The notes beneath the pieces are model-generated. The model was given only the letters and a program-made list of their open reading frames with translations. It had not been told where the DNA came from and searched no databases. Shown piece by piece: positions 53,671-61,452 of a stretch of 64,000 nt of DNA (position 1 is its first letter; each line of letters opens with the position of its first letter). The translations under genes were made by a program, and so were the position numbers. Origin of the DNA: an uncultured archaeon (GTDB lineage Archaea; Thermoproteota; Nitrososphaeria; Nitrososphaerales; Gagatemarchaeaceae); contig CAWCYD010000003.1 in NCBI GenBank assembly GCA_963799775.1, forward strand, positions 896,001 through 960,000, in the 5' to 3' direction.

Positions 53671-54231
53671 TTAGATTGGGTCACTGCCACCGACGCGCTT
53701 CTCCACGAGTTTCGCTAGGTTGTCGACGGCCCTCGTGAGTTCTTTCCTTGTCTCGACCGACTCCTTCTCCAGCGTCTCAAGGACGCTGGTCAGCTTTTGA
53801 GAGATCTCGCCATACTTGTGGTCGAGAGTTCTGAAGTTCTGGTCGGTCCTCTCGGCGAACCCCGTAAAATCGCTTCGATAACTGCTGAATTCTCCTCTGT
53901 AATCCCGGAATTCCGTCTGCATCGCCCCAAACCCCTCTTGGAGCTCTTCTGGTACGCTCCCGAACCGTATTTCGAAGAATTTGAGTCTCTGCTCAGGCCT
54001 TGCTGCATGTTGCTTTAGTTCCTTTGTCCGGGCCGGAGGCGGTGGGTTTCTTGCCGCTTCCACGAAGTTGCGCACAGCCGACTCTTCACCCTGGACGAAT
54101 ATTGTCACCGAGCCGTCTTTCTCATTCCTTACGTAGCCGGTCAGGTTCCCCTGCTGGGCCATCTCCCGAAGGTATCTCCGATAGCCCACAGCCTGAACCC
54201 TCCCACCCACATTCAACTTCAAGGCCTTCAT
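53671..54231 (-). CDS. Acylphosphatase domain with a C-terminal coiled-coil extension
   Basis: GRVQAVGYR and GYVRNEKDGSV motifs, followed by about 90 aa of heptad-like sequence. Confidence 0.85.
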   Translation of the reverse strand: MKALKLNVGGRVQAVGYRRYLREMAQQGNLTGYVRNEKDGSVTIFVQGEESAVRNFVEAARNPPPPARTKELKQHAARPEQRLKFFEIRFGSVPEELQEGFGAMQTEFRDYRGEFSSYRSDFTGFAERTDQNFRTLDHKYGEISQKLTSVLETLEKESVETRKELTRAVDNLAKLVEKRVGGSDPI

Positions 54232-54529
54232 GCAGTAAGACCCATCTTCATACCAAAGAGCAAGAGTCGCTATTTAAGCACCCAGAGACGCGAGACGCGG
54301 GCGCGCCACTTGATTGCCACAGAAAATTCGGGACGAACCTGCTATGCCACTCCTCATCTCACCGACGTCCTGGAGAAAGTGACGGATGTCTTGAACAATG
54401 TCCTGGAGAGCAAGTAGCTCCGAAATGCTGATTCAAATCTCCCGGCTGAGGAACAAGAGGCTTCAGAGAGTCGCGCCGGGAAAGCAAGCCCCCACCCGCC
54501 GCGCCAATGTGCGGGTCTCGCGTCTGAAG

Positions 54530-55459
54530 CTACCCTGACTGAGCGGCCACCTGCTTCTTCAATCCGTCGGTCAGCGGGGTGACCGGCTCGTAGCCTAGGT
54601 CGGCTCTCATCCTCGTGATGTCGGCCGAGGTGTCCTTGACGTCGCCCGGTGCCTTGCGAAGGTGCTTGATCCTGGCTTTCTTGCCCATGACGGATTCGAT
54701 CGTCGAGATCACGTGGTTGAGCGAGGTCGAGCCTCCTGTGCCGACGTTGTAGAGGCTGCCGGGCTTGGCCTGCGAGGCCAGGATTGTGCCCGCGACCGTG
54801 TCGCCCACGAAAGTGAAATCGCGCCTCTGCTCCCCGTCGCCGTAGACCTCGATCGGCTCACCGCGGGATATCCTCGAGATGAAGATGTTGAACGCCATGT
54901 CCGGCCTCTGGCGAGGCCCGTAGACGGTGAAGTATCTCAGGGTGACGACAGGCACGTCGTAGTTGCGAAGATAGACGTGGCAGAGGCTCTCCCCCGCGAG
55001 CTTGGTGGCCCCGTAGGGCGAGACGGGCCGAGGCGTGGCCTCCTCGGGCGTGGGCATCCGCTCCGAGTCTCCATAGATGCTCGACGAAGAAGCGAAGATG
55101 AACTTCTTAATCGGGGCGTCCTTTACAGCCTCGAGGAGCCGCTGGGTGGCGATGATGTTGTCCCTGACGTAGTGCGAGAACGTCCTTCCCCAGCTCGCGC
55201 GAACCCCCGGCTGAGCCGCTAGGTGGAACACCGCCTCCACGCCTCTGACGACCCCCGCCAGGCTGGCGGAAGCAAGGTCAGCCTCACTGAATTCAAACCC
55301 TTCGTTCTTGCGAAGACGGGAGAGGTTCGCGACCTTGAGCTTCTTCGGGTAGTAGTCGGTGAAGCAGTCTACACCTCGCACGGTGTGGCCCTCGGCAAGC
55401 AGCGCCTCTGAGAGGGTCGAGCCGATGAAGCCGGCACATCCTGTCACGAGGCATCTCAT
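54530..55459 (-). CDS. UDP-glucuronate/UDP-glucose 4-epimerase-like extended SDR
   Basis: MRCLVTGCAGFIGS, HLAAQPGVR, YGATK and YFTVYGPRQRPDMA motifs. ATG at 55459 overlaps the upstream stop. Confidence 0.92.
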   Translation of the reverse strand: MRCLVTGCAGFIGSTLSEALLAEGHTVRGVDCFTDYYPKKLKVANLSRLRKNEGFEFSEADLASASLAGVVRGVEAVFHLAAQPGVRASWGRTFSHYVRDNIIATQRLLEAVKDAPIKKFIFASSSSIYGDSERMPTPEEATPRPVSPYGATKLAGESLCHVYLRNYDVPVVTLRYFTVYGPRQRPDMAFNIFISRISRGEPIEVYGDGEQRRDFTFVGDTVAGTILASQAKPGSLYNVGTGGSTSLNHVISTIESVMGKKARIKHLRKAPGDVKDTSADITRMRADLGYEPVTPLTDGLKKQVAAQSG

Positions 55460-56797
55460 TTCGCGCTGGCTTCTCCCAGTCCCACCGCGGCGTAGTCGAG
55501 CGCCTTTGAATAGACGACGGGGTCGTAGATCCTCCTTGCATCTATCAGCACAGGAGTCCTCATCAGCTTGGCATAGTCGGACGGCTTGAGCGCTCTGAAC
55601 TGCCTCCACGCGGTCATCGTGATGGCCACCTCAGCACCTTCCAGGCACTCCTTCGCCGAAGGAGAATAAGTGACGCTTTGGCCCAATGCCGGCTTCGCTG
55701 CCTTCATCGCCACGGGGTCATAGACGCGGACCTTTGCCCCCCGAGCAAGCAGCCCCAGCACCAGCGGGATCGACCTTGAGCCCCGCACGTCGTCGGTCTC
55801 GGCCTTGAAGGCAAGGCCCAGCACCGCCACCTGCTTCCCCAGGAGAGAGCCGACCCTCTTCTCCGCTAACCCGATGATGTGCCGCGGCTGGAACTCGTTG
55901 ACCGCGAGCACTCCCTCGAGCATCGAGCGGTCTATCGCTTGTTGCTTGAGGTATGCGCTGAAGGCGCGAAGGCTTCTTCTCGAAACAAGAACCGCCGAAC
56001 CCGGGTCCGGCCTGCAGGAAGAGGTGGCCGATGCGCGGGTCTAGCCCGATGCCCCTCGCCACATCGTTCACGTCGGTCCCAGGGTAGAGCTCGCAAACGA
56101 TCGAGACGAGATTGATGAAGCTGATCTTGGTTGTGAGCAGGGAGTTGCTACCGTACTTGATGAGCTCGGCGCCCTCTGGAGAAGTCTCGACGATAGGCGG
56201 CACGTTCTTCCCGTAAAACTTACGGTAGAGAGAGCCCGCCGCGAGGAGGGATCCTGCGTCCATGCCTCCTATGACTATCCTCTGGGGGCTGAGCGAGTCC
56301 TGGATAGCGGTCCCTTCCCTAAGGAATTCCGGGTTGGAGCACAAGTCGAACCCCTCGCCGCACCTCTTCCCAGACCCGGTCTCCAGGATCCGGTTCACGA
56401 GCCCCCTCGTCGTTCCAGGAATGACGGTGCTCCTCACGAGGATGAGAGGCTTGTTGCTCGAGCCCTTGATGAGAGAAGCGACGTCGGCGGAGGCTCCCCT
56501 CACTTGGGAGAGGTCAATCGAGCCGTCCTCCACGCTTGGCGTGCCGACGGCGACGAAGATCGCGTCCGCACCCTGGAGCGCGCGAACGCCGACCGAGAAA
56601 TCCAGCCGCTTCGTGCGCTGGCCGCTCGCCAGTAGGCCCTCTAGTCTCTTTTCGTGAATTGGGACCGCGCCGTTCTTGAGCTGCGCGACCCTCAAGGCGT
56701 TGTTGTCGACCACGGTGACTTGGAACTTGGTCGCGAGACAGGCTGCAGTCGAGAGGCCGACGTAACCTGCCCCGATTACTCCGACCTTCATCATCAC
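55456..56797 (-). CDS. ugd: UDP-glucose 6-dehydrogenase, frameshift near 55975
   Basis: GAGYVGL, AVGTP, SNPEFLREG and GFGGSCF motifs. C-terminal domain GLAFKAETDDVR..IDARRI is in a second frame. Confidence 0.9.
56708..56792. repeat. Copy 1 of an about 85-bp direct repeat (5' end of ugd)
   Basis: Aligns without gaps to 57602-57686, about 14 mismatches by manual count. Confidence 0.85.
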
Positions 56798-56901
56798 GGC
56801 CTCCGATGGGCTGGTTTGTAATCTATTGCCTTTCTTTCTTCATCGTGAATAACCCTCGAGTTTCTGTCTGATGTCGACCCTCGAACGAAGTCACATGGGT
56901 G

Positions 56902-56940
56902 GTTAAATAGTGGGACAAACTATTGGAAACGTGGGACAAA
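56902..56940 (+). promoter_or_regulatory. TATA box and putative operator of the vapBC operon
   Basis: gttaaata at 56902-56909, then exact direct repeat gtgggacaaa at 56910-56919 and 56931-56940, immediately before ATG 56941. Confidence 0.65.
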
Positions 56941-57186
56941 ATGACCGTGCAAGCGCCAATTAAAATGGACTCGAAGCGGCGAATCGTGCTAGGCAAGAGG
57001 ATACGCAGGGCGTCCGGAATAGGGCCTGACGACGACTTGGTCGCATTCGCCTTCCACGGTGGGATCCTGATCACTTCGACGAAGGGGAAGCATTTTGCGG
57101 GGAGTCTGACCGGTTTCCACTTTGAGGAGGAGAAGCACGATGCGACCAAGTACCTAGAGATGAGGCTCAAGGATGCCAGTACTTGA
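56941..57186 (+). CDS. AbrB/MazE-type antitoxin (VapB)
   Basis: KMDSKRRIVLGKRIRRASGI signature. Overlaps the PIN gene start. Confidence 0.8.
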   Translation: MTVQAPIKMDSKRRIVLGKRIRRASGIGPDDDLVAFAFHGGILITSTKGKHFAGSLTGFHFEEEKHDATKYLEMRLKDAST

Positions 57187-57616
57187 CACGGCGGTCCTCT
57201 TTGCAGCGGCTGATGCGTCGGACAGGTTTCACGTTGATTCCATCGATTGCCTGCGCGGGCTCTCTGAAAGGATCCTCCTTGGAGCCTCGGCACTGCTTGA
57301 GTTTGACCTCGTGCTAAAGAGCAGAGGGACCAGCGTGGAGCGGCGCTCGGACCTCATGGTCCTTCTCCTCAGCGACTTTCCACGAGCGGGCTCCGCGGTT
57401 CACCCAATCTCTCCTTCTACCCTGGCCATGGCGGGGCAGCTCGAGACGAGGTTCGAGTTGGACTACTTCGACGCGCTGCTTGCGAGCGAGGCCCTCGAGC
57501 ACGACGGCGAGGTCGTCTCAAGCGACCGCCAGTTTGACAAGATTCCCGGCCTGAGAAGAGTCACCCTGGTCTCGCACGAGAGACCCTCCAACTTGACGAA
57601 TGACCACGGTCACTAG
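57173..57616 (+). CDS. PIN-domain toxin (VapC)
   Basis: VLDTAVL, LLE, LDYFDALL and VSSDRQFD acidic tetrad. Confidence 0.9.
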   Translation: MPVLDTAVLFAAADASDRFHVDSIDCLRGLSERILLGASALLEFDLVLKSRGTSVERRSDLMVLLLSDFPRAGSAVHPISPSTLAMAGQLETRFELDYFDALLASEALEHDGEVVSSDRQFDKIPGLRRVTLVSHERPSNLTNDHGH

Positions 57617-57686
57617 GAACTTGGTCGCGAGGGACGCTGCGGTCAAGAGGCCCACATTCCCGGCGCCGATTACCCCGACCTTCATC
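57602..57686 (-). pseudogene. Copy 2 of the repeat: truncated 5' end of a second ugd allele
   Basis: Encodes MKVGVIGAGNVGLLTAASLATKFLVTVV versus MKVGVIGAGYVGLSTAACLATKFQVTVV in ugd. Confidence 0.85.
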
Positions 57687-57872
57687 GTCCATGCCACCCT
57701 CGGGCGAATAGCATGCCTTACTTAACCCCCCCTAAGCACTTGACCCCCGAGTCATAAGACCTTCTGAGGCGCGGGCCTGGTCGAGAGACCCACGCATCCT
57801 GCCCCGACAGCCCCTATGCTAATCGTCCGTGCTACCCCTGAGGTGGTTTGTATTCTATCGTTTCGGCCCCTC

Positions 57873-58268
57873 TCATCCGGAAAATGCCTCGAGCTTCACT
57901 CGCATCGAGCAATAGTCGAGGAGCGTCCTGGTGCGAATAAGCGCTTCGACTCCGACCAGCACCTCCATCACCCCTTCGTAGGTCTCGATGAACCCATCCG
58001 CTGAGACCGAGCCATCGCTCGCGTCAAATGACCCGTAGGCGCCTTCGGAGCCCAAGACTTCGCCGTTGGCCGTTATCAGGGTCCTCTTCTCCAACTCCAT
58101 GCGGTCCAGCTCAAGAGACTCGAAGATGTCCCTTGGACAGGCGATGAACCCGTCGTATCCCGTATCTATCACTGCCAGGACGTTCCCTTTTTCAGGAAAG
58201 ATCTTTCTGAACAGGGGATTTCTGAGGACGACATTCAAGGCAGGCGTGAGCCCGACGAACTCGCTCAT
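57873..58268 (-). CDS. Clan AA (retropepsin-like) aspartic protease
   Basis: AVIDTGYDG, TANG flap and VLVGVE motifs. Confidence 0.82.
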   Translation of the reverse strand: MSEFVGLTPALNVVLRNPLFRKIFPEKGNVLAVIDTGYDGFIACPRDIFESLELDRMELEKRTLITANGEVLGSEGAYGSFDASDGSVSADGFIETYEGVMEVLVGVEALIRTRTLLDYCSMRVKLEAFSG

Positions 58269-58591
58269 TGCCTCGAACCACGCAGGCCGACCCTCAACAT
58301 CTTGCGCAGAGGGGTCGAGGAGACGATCCTCACGGACCTGGGGTCGACATCCAGCTGGCGTAGCTTGCTGGCGAGTTCGTCCAAGGTGGCCCCCGTCCCC
58401 ACCTTGAGCTTGCCCTCGAACGCCGTGAACGTCAGCGGCTGCCTGACCTTGGTCTCGGAGGACATCCTATCCTCAAGCGCCTCTCTCACTAGGCCCGATA
58501 TTGCGCCCTTCTTGCCACCGTATCGCTCTGCTACCAGTCTTCTCAGCCTGTCCACTGTCTCTTTTGGGAGGCTGACGGTGAGGTTTACCAT
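58265..58591 (-). CDS. RHH (CopG-like) protein with a DUF5678-like C-terminal domain
   Basis: MVNLTVSLP..RLR..GKKGAISGLVREAL, then FTAFEGK.KVGTGATLDELA. ATG at 58591 lies below a TATA box, and its stop overlaps the protease ATG. Confidence 0.7.
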   Translation of the reverse strand: MVNLTVSLPKETVDRLRRLVAERYGGKKGAISGLVREALEDRMSSETKVRQPLTFTAFEGKLKVGTGATLDELASKLRQLDVDPRSVRIVSSTPLRKMLRVGLRGSRQ

Positions 58592-58601
58592 GTGCCTCTT
58601 G

Positions 58602-58622
58602 ATTACGTAATGTCTATTTAAA
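58602..58622 (-). promoter_or_regulatory. TATA box plus palindromic operator candidate
   Basis: tttaaata (58615-58622, minus strand) and perfect palindrome attacgtaat (58602-58611). Confidence 0.6.
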
Positions 58623-58749
58623 CGCCACGTAAACCAAGGAATACCTGCCTGACGGCATGGGTCTCTAAGGCGCTTGGATTCTGGTCGCGAAGTCATTGCC
58701 AAGAACAAAGTTCATTCAACTGCTTAAGCTCGGCGACAAAGCTCAAGCT

Positions 58750-59031
58750 ATGCAAGTGATGGAGCCTCGTACCAGGCAGGAGGCCCAGATTAGGACGCAG
58801 GATAGGCAAACCCATCCTTCTCTGATTGACCAACTCCTCGTGACGCTTCTCGCCGAGCATGCCGGATGGATAAAGTGCCCAACACATGGCTATGTCCACC
58901 AGCCCGTCCTTTCGGGATACCACGGCAGTTTCTACTTCAGGCGGTGTCCGGTGGGACCTTTCGGGCATTACGGGGTGGATTTACCGGGGGCAGGGCCCGC
59001 ATGGCAGGGCCTTAGTCTCCGACCTCTATGA
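58750..59031 (+). CDS. Small Cys/His putative metal-binding protein (paralog of 60504-60764)
   Basis: GWIKCPTHGYVHQPVLSGYHGSFYFRRCPVGPFGH. ATG at 58750 aligns with the paralog's start. Confidence 0.7.
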   Translation: MQVMEPRTRQEAQIRTQDRQTHPSLIDQLLVTLLAEHAGWIKCPTHGYVHQPVLSGYHGSFYFRRCPVGPFGHYGVDLPGAGPAWQGLSLRPL

Positions 59032-59362
59032 CCAGCCTGTTTTGTTCGGAGGGATAGATGACCACGGGAAGGTCCTTCTTGATCTTGAGCGAGTTGGCGA
59101 TGTCCTTCGGGATCCGGATTACGAGCGAATTCCCCGATTTGGCTACGCGGCCCCTCCTCTCCAGACCGAACAGCCCCCTCTTCTTGACTTCTGCCTCGAT
59201 TTCACTCATCAAGTCCTGTGAGAGGTACTCGGAACCGCACTCGGCGCACACTTCTGCTTCCTTCATGCCGAAGTCGATTCCGAAGAACTCCACCTCCGTG
59301 GTGGTCTTCTTGAGTTTCCCGCCGCACCGGCATCTGATGTCCAAGATGGCCTCTGCCGTCAA
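59012..59362 (-). CDS. YgiT/MqsA-type zinc ribbon fused to an AbrB-like domain (putative antitoxin)
   Basis: CRCGG...VCAECGSEY zinc ribbon and KSGNSLVIRIPKDIA AbrB motif. Confidence 0.82.
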   Translation of the reverse strand: MTAEAILDIRCRCGGKLKKTTTEVEFFGIDFGMKEAEVCAECGSEYLSQDLMSEIEAEVKKRGLFGLERRGRVAKSGNSLVIRIPKDIANSLKIKKDLPVVIYPSEQNRLVIEVGD

Positions 59363-59598
59363 GGCACCTTCACCGTCACGGGAAAGACCTTCCTGATGTT
59401 CGAGTTTCGGTAGAACCTTTCGTCGTAGACCACCAAATAGCGCTTGAACAGAGCCTGCACCAGACCTGTCTCCCGCTGTATGGATTTCTTCCCTTTGGTT
59501 ATCGTCTCTTCAACGTCCTTCACGGACACTCCTCTCAACCACATCCGCTCTATCGCGTGCTTCACCCGCTTGTGCTCCCAGTTGATCTTTAGCCGCAC
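59359..59598 (-). CDS. DUF4258-like (RelE-fold) putative toxin
   Basis: HAIERMWLRGVS..DVEETI..G...LVVY....VTV pattern. ATGA-coupled to the zinc-ribbon gene. Confidence 0.72.
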   Translation of the reverse strand: MRLKINWEHKRVKHAIERMWLRGVSVKDVEETITKGKKSIQRETGLVQALFKRYLVVYDERFYRNSNIRKVFPVTVKVP

Positions 59599-59759
59599 AA
59601 CCAGTTATGTAATACACGTAGTATTAAGGATTACCCGGCCTCGTGGGCCGTCGGGACGCTCACACTTAGAGTTCCAACCATTCTTTTCCGTTGATTCGAG
59701 CGAGGTACGCGCGTGGGGGGCGGATGACCCAGCGGCGGAGGCAGGAAAGACCCCGAAAT

Positions 59760-59785
59760 GCGCATATACGACCATACGTATGCGC
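59760..59785. promoter_or_regulatory. Inverted-repeat operator candidate upstream of the RHH antitoxin
   Basis: gcgcata-N12-tatgcgc, ending 10 nt before ATG 59795. Confidence 0.55.
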
Positions 59786-59794
59786 TGCTTTGAC

Positions 59795-60076
59795 ATGGGC
59801 AAAGTCAAGGTGACGCTCTCCGTGGATGACGAGCTACTGAGCGAGTCCAGGTCGTACCTGGCGGGGAAAAAACTCACAATCAGCGGCACGCTCGAGGATG
59901 CGCTCTCGGAGATATCTATGAATGACGTAGTTGAAAAAATAGCTGCCAGGATAGGCGCCAATCTGGAATACGTCAGCTTCGAGGAGGTCGCACGGAGACG
60001 TCCAAAAGGCAAAGATGCCGCAAAAGCCGTGAGGGAAGCGAGAGATGCCAGGGCAGAAGAAGTATCTCGATACTAG
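59795..60076 (+). CDS. RHH-type antitoxin (VapB-like)
   Basis: MGKVKVTLSVDDELL..SR.....TISGTLEDAL with a DAAKAVREARD tail. Overlaps a PIN start. Confidence 0.78.
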   Translation: MGKVKVTLSVDDELLSESRSYLAGKKLTISGTLEDALSEISMNDVVEKIAARIGANLEYVSFEEVARRRPKGKDAAKAVREARDARAEEVSRY

Positions 60077-60352
60077 CGCCTTGGCGAAGCGGTATGTGCA
60101 GGAACAAGGCTCCGCCGCGGTTTCTCGCTGAGATGAAAAGGCTCGGGAAGGCGAGGGCGCCCGAAGTGGTCCCCGTGTCGGGTCATTGATGGCTGATGCG
60201 ATAGGATTCACCCTCGCGCACCATATCGTGTCGCGGAAGCGCTCCAGATTGCATCCTGCAAGACTGTGCCTGGTGCCGGGTTCATCTCGGCAGACAAACG
60301 CCTGGCCCGGGTAGCGAGAGACGAGGGTCTTGCCGCTTCGTTGACGTCTTGA
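60045..60352 (+). pseudogene. PIN/VapC toxin pseudogene
   Basis: MPGQKKYLDTSALAKRYVQEQGS then a stop and apparent deletion. Later EALQIASC..FISADKRLARVARDEGL appears in a shifted frame. Confidence 0.82.
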
Positions 60353-60503
60353 CCTCTAATTGCGGCGGAGGCGACCAACGAACAAGCACCTCAGCAACAC
60401 CCGTCGCTGGCTGCTAACGACCGATAGATCGACCAGGTCACGTAGTCGTCGCCTGGAAGCGAGTTACTCTACCCGAATAGGTCAGTAGGGAAAACAACGC
60501 GGC

Positions 60504-60764
60504 ATGCAAACGATGGAGCCTCCGACTGAGAGAGGGCGACAGTCCCAAACACAGACGGAGAGGAAGCAAGAGCATCTTTCAGCGACTGACCAAATCCTCG
60601 TTAAACTGCTGGGAGAGCATCGTGGATGGATCAGGTGCCCGGTGCATGGTTACGTCCACCAGCCAATCCTCTCGGGATACCACGGCAGTCTCTACTTTCG
60701 AAGATGCCCCGATGGACAGTTCGGACACTTTTGGGTCGACACTGCCTCGTATAAAAGTGCCTGA
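60504..60764 (+). CDS. Small Cys/His putative metal-binding protein
   Basis: GWIRCPVHGYVHQPILSGYHGSLYFRRCPDGQFGH. Conserved with its paralog, with many third-position differences. Confidence 0.75.
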   Translation: MQTMEPPTERGRQSQTQTERKQEHLSATDQILVKLLGEHRGWIRCPVHGYVHQPILSGYHGSLYFRRCPDGQFGHFWVDTASYKSA

Positions 60765-60783
60765 GAACGGGTCGAGGAATCGT

Positions 60784-61368
60784 CTAGGGCTCTAGGACCG
60801 TGATCACACCCCGCATCCACGCTGGGTGCCACATGCAGTAGTAGTCGTATGTGCCTGGGACTGTGAAAGTGTAGGTGAACGTCTCGTTCGTGCCCAGTAT
60901 CAGGTCGACTTGGCCAGCCCCTGCTGGCACGACGTTGGTCACCACGGTGTGCTGGCTCAGGTTGTCCTGGTTTATCCACGTGACCGTATTGTTGACACCT
61001 ACCACAAGCTTGAGATGCGAGGGCACGAAGTTCAGGCTCTGGTTCTCGGCAATTCCCTTGGGTATGATGACGAGTGTGTCGTTGAAGAAAAGCCCGAGCT
61101 TGTAGCCTGGGGTAGTCGTAGTAACTGTGACGGTCTGCAAAGACGTCTCGGTCCCCGCTACGGTGAAGAGTGTTTGGGTCAGGGTGCTCAGGATGGTGGA
61201 GCTTTGGGTTATCGTCGTCGGCGATATCAATTGGCTCACGACGGTGGTCAGGTTGGCCCCGGACTGGTTCAAGGCGTTCAGAAAGTATGTGCCTTCTGCG
61301 AGGGACGCGACGAGCAGCACAACCACCACGCCCACAAAGACCCTCGTGGAGATTGCTCGCCTTTTCAA
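60784..61368 (-). CDS. Membrane-anchored type-1 blue copper protein (cupredoxin/plastocyanin-like)
   Basis: N-terminal TM, Thr-rich stalk, VTWINQD..HTV and YYCMWHPAWM giving H/C/H/M ligands. Confidence 0.92.
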   Translation of the reverse strand: MKRRAISTRVFVGVVVVLLVASLAEGTYFLNALNQSGANLTTVVSQLISPTTITQSSTILSTLTQTLFTVAGTETSLQTVTVTTTTPGYKLGLFFNDTLVIIPKGIAENQSLNFVPSHLKLVVGVNNTVTWINQDNLSQHTVVTNVVPAGAGQVDLILGTNETFTYTFTVPGTYDYYCMWHPAWMRGVITVLEP

Positions 61369-61441
61369 GGTAGGTAGTTTCGGCCTCGCGCCGTATTAAA
61401 GCCCTTTTCCAAATCTATCGCCTGTCGATGCATGCCGCCTG

Positions 61442-61452
61442 TTGAGCCACAA
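61442..61452 (+). repeat. TTG+AGCCACAA, copy upstream of tnpB
   Basis: ttgagccacaa is identical to 63077-63087, and agccacaa is identical to 62816-62823. Confidence 0.85.

Noticed and set aside
54410-54450. tRNA-like T-loop (gattcaaatctccc)
   Set aside because: No cloverleaf or acceptor stem could be built.
59444-59794. Long N-terminal extension of the 210-aa ORF, and similar extensions at 52774-53019, 55460-55609 and 58592-58708
   Set aside because: They overlap real genes or promoters, and the domain motifs begin at the downstream starts.
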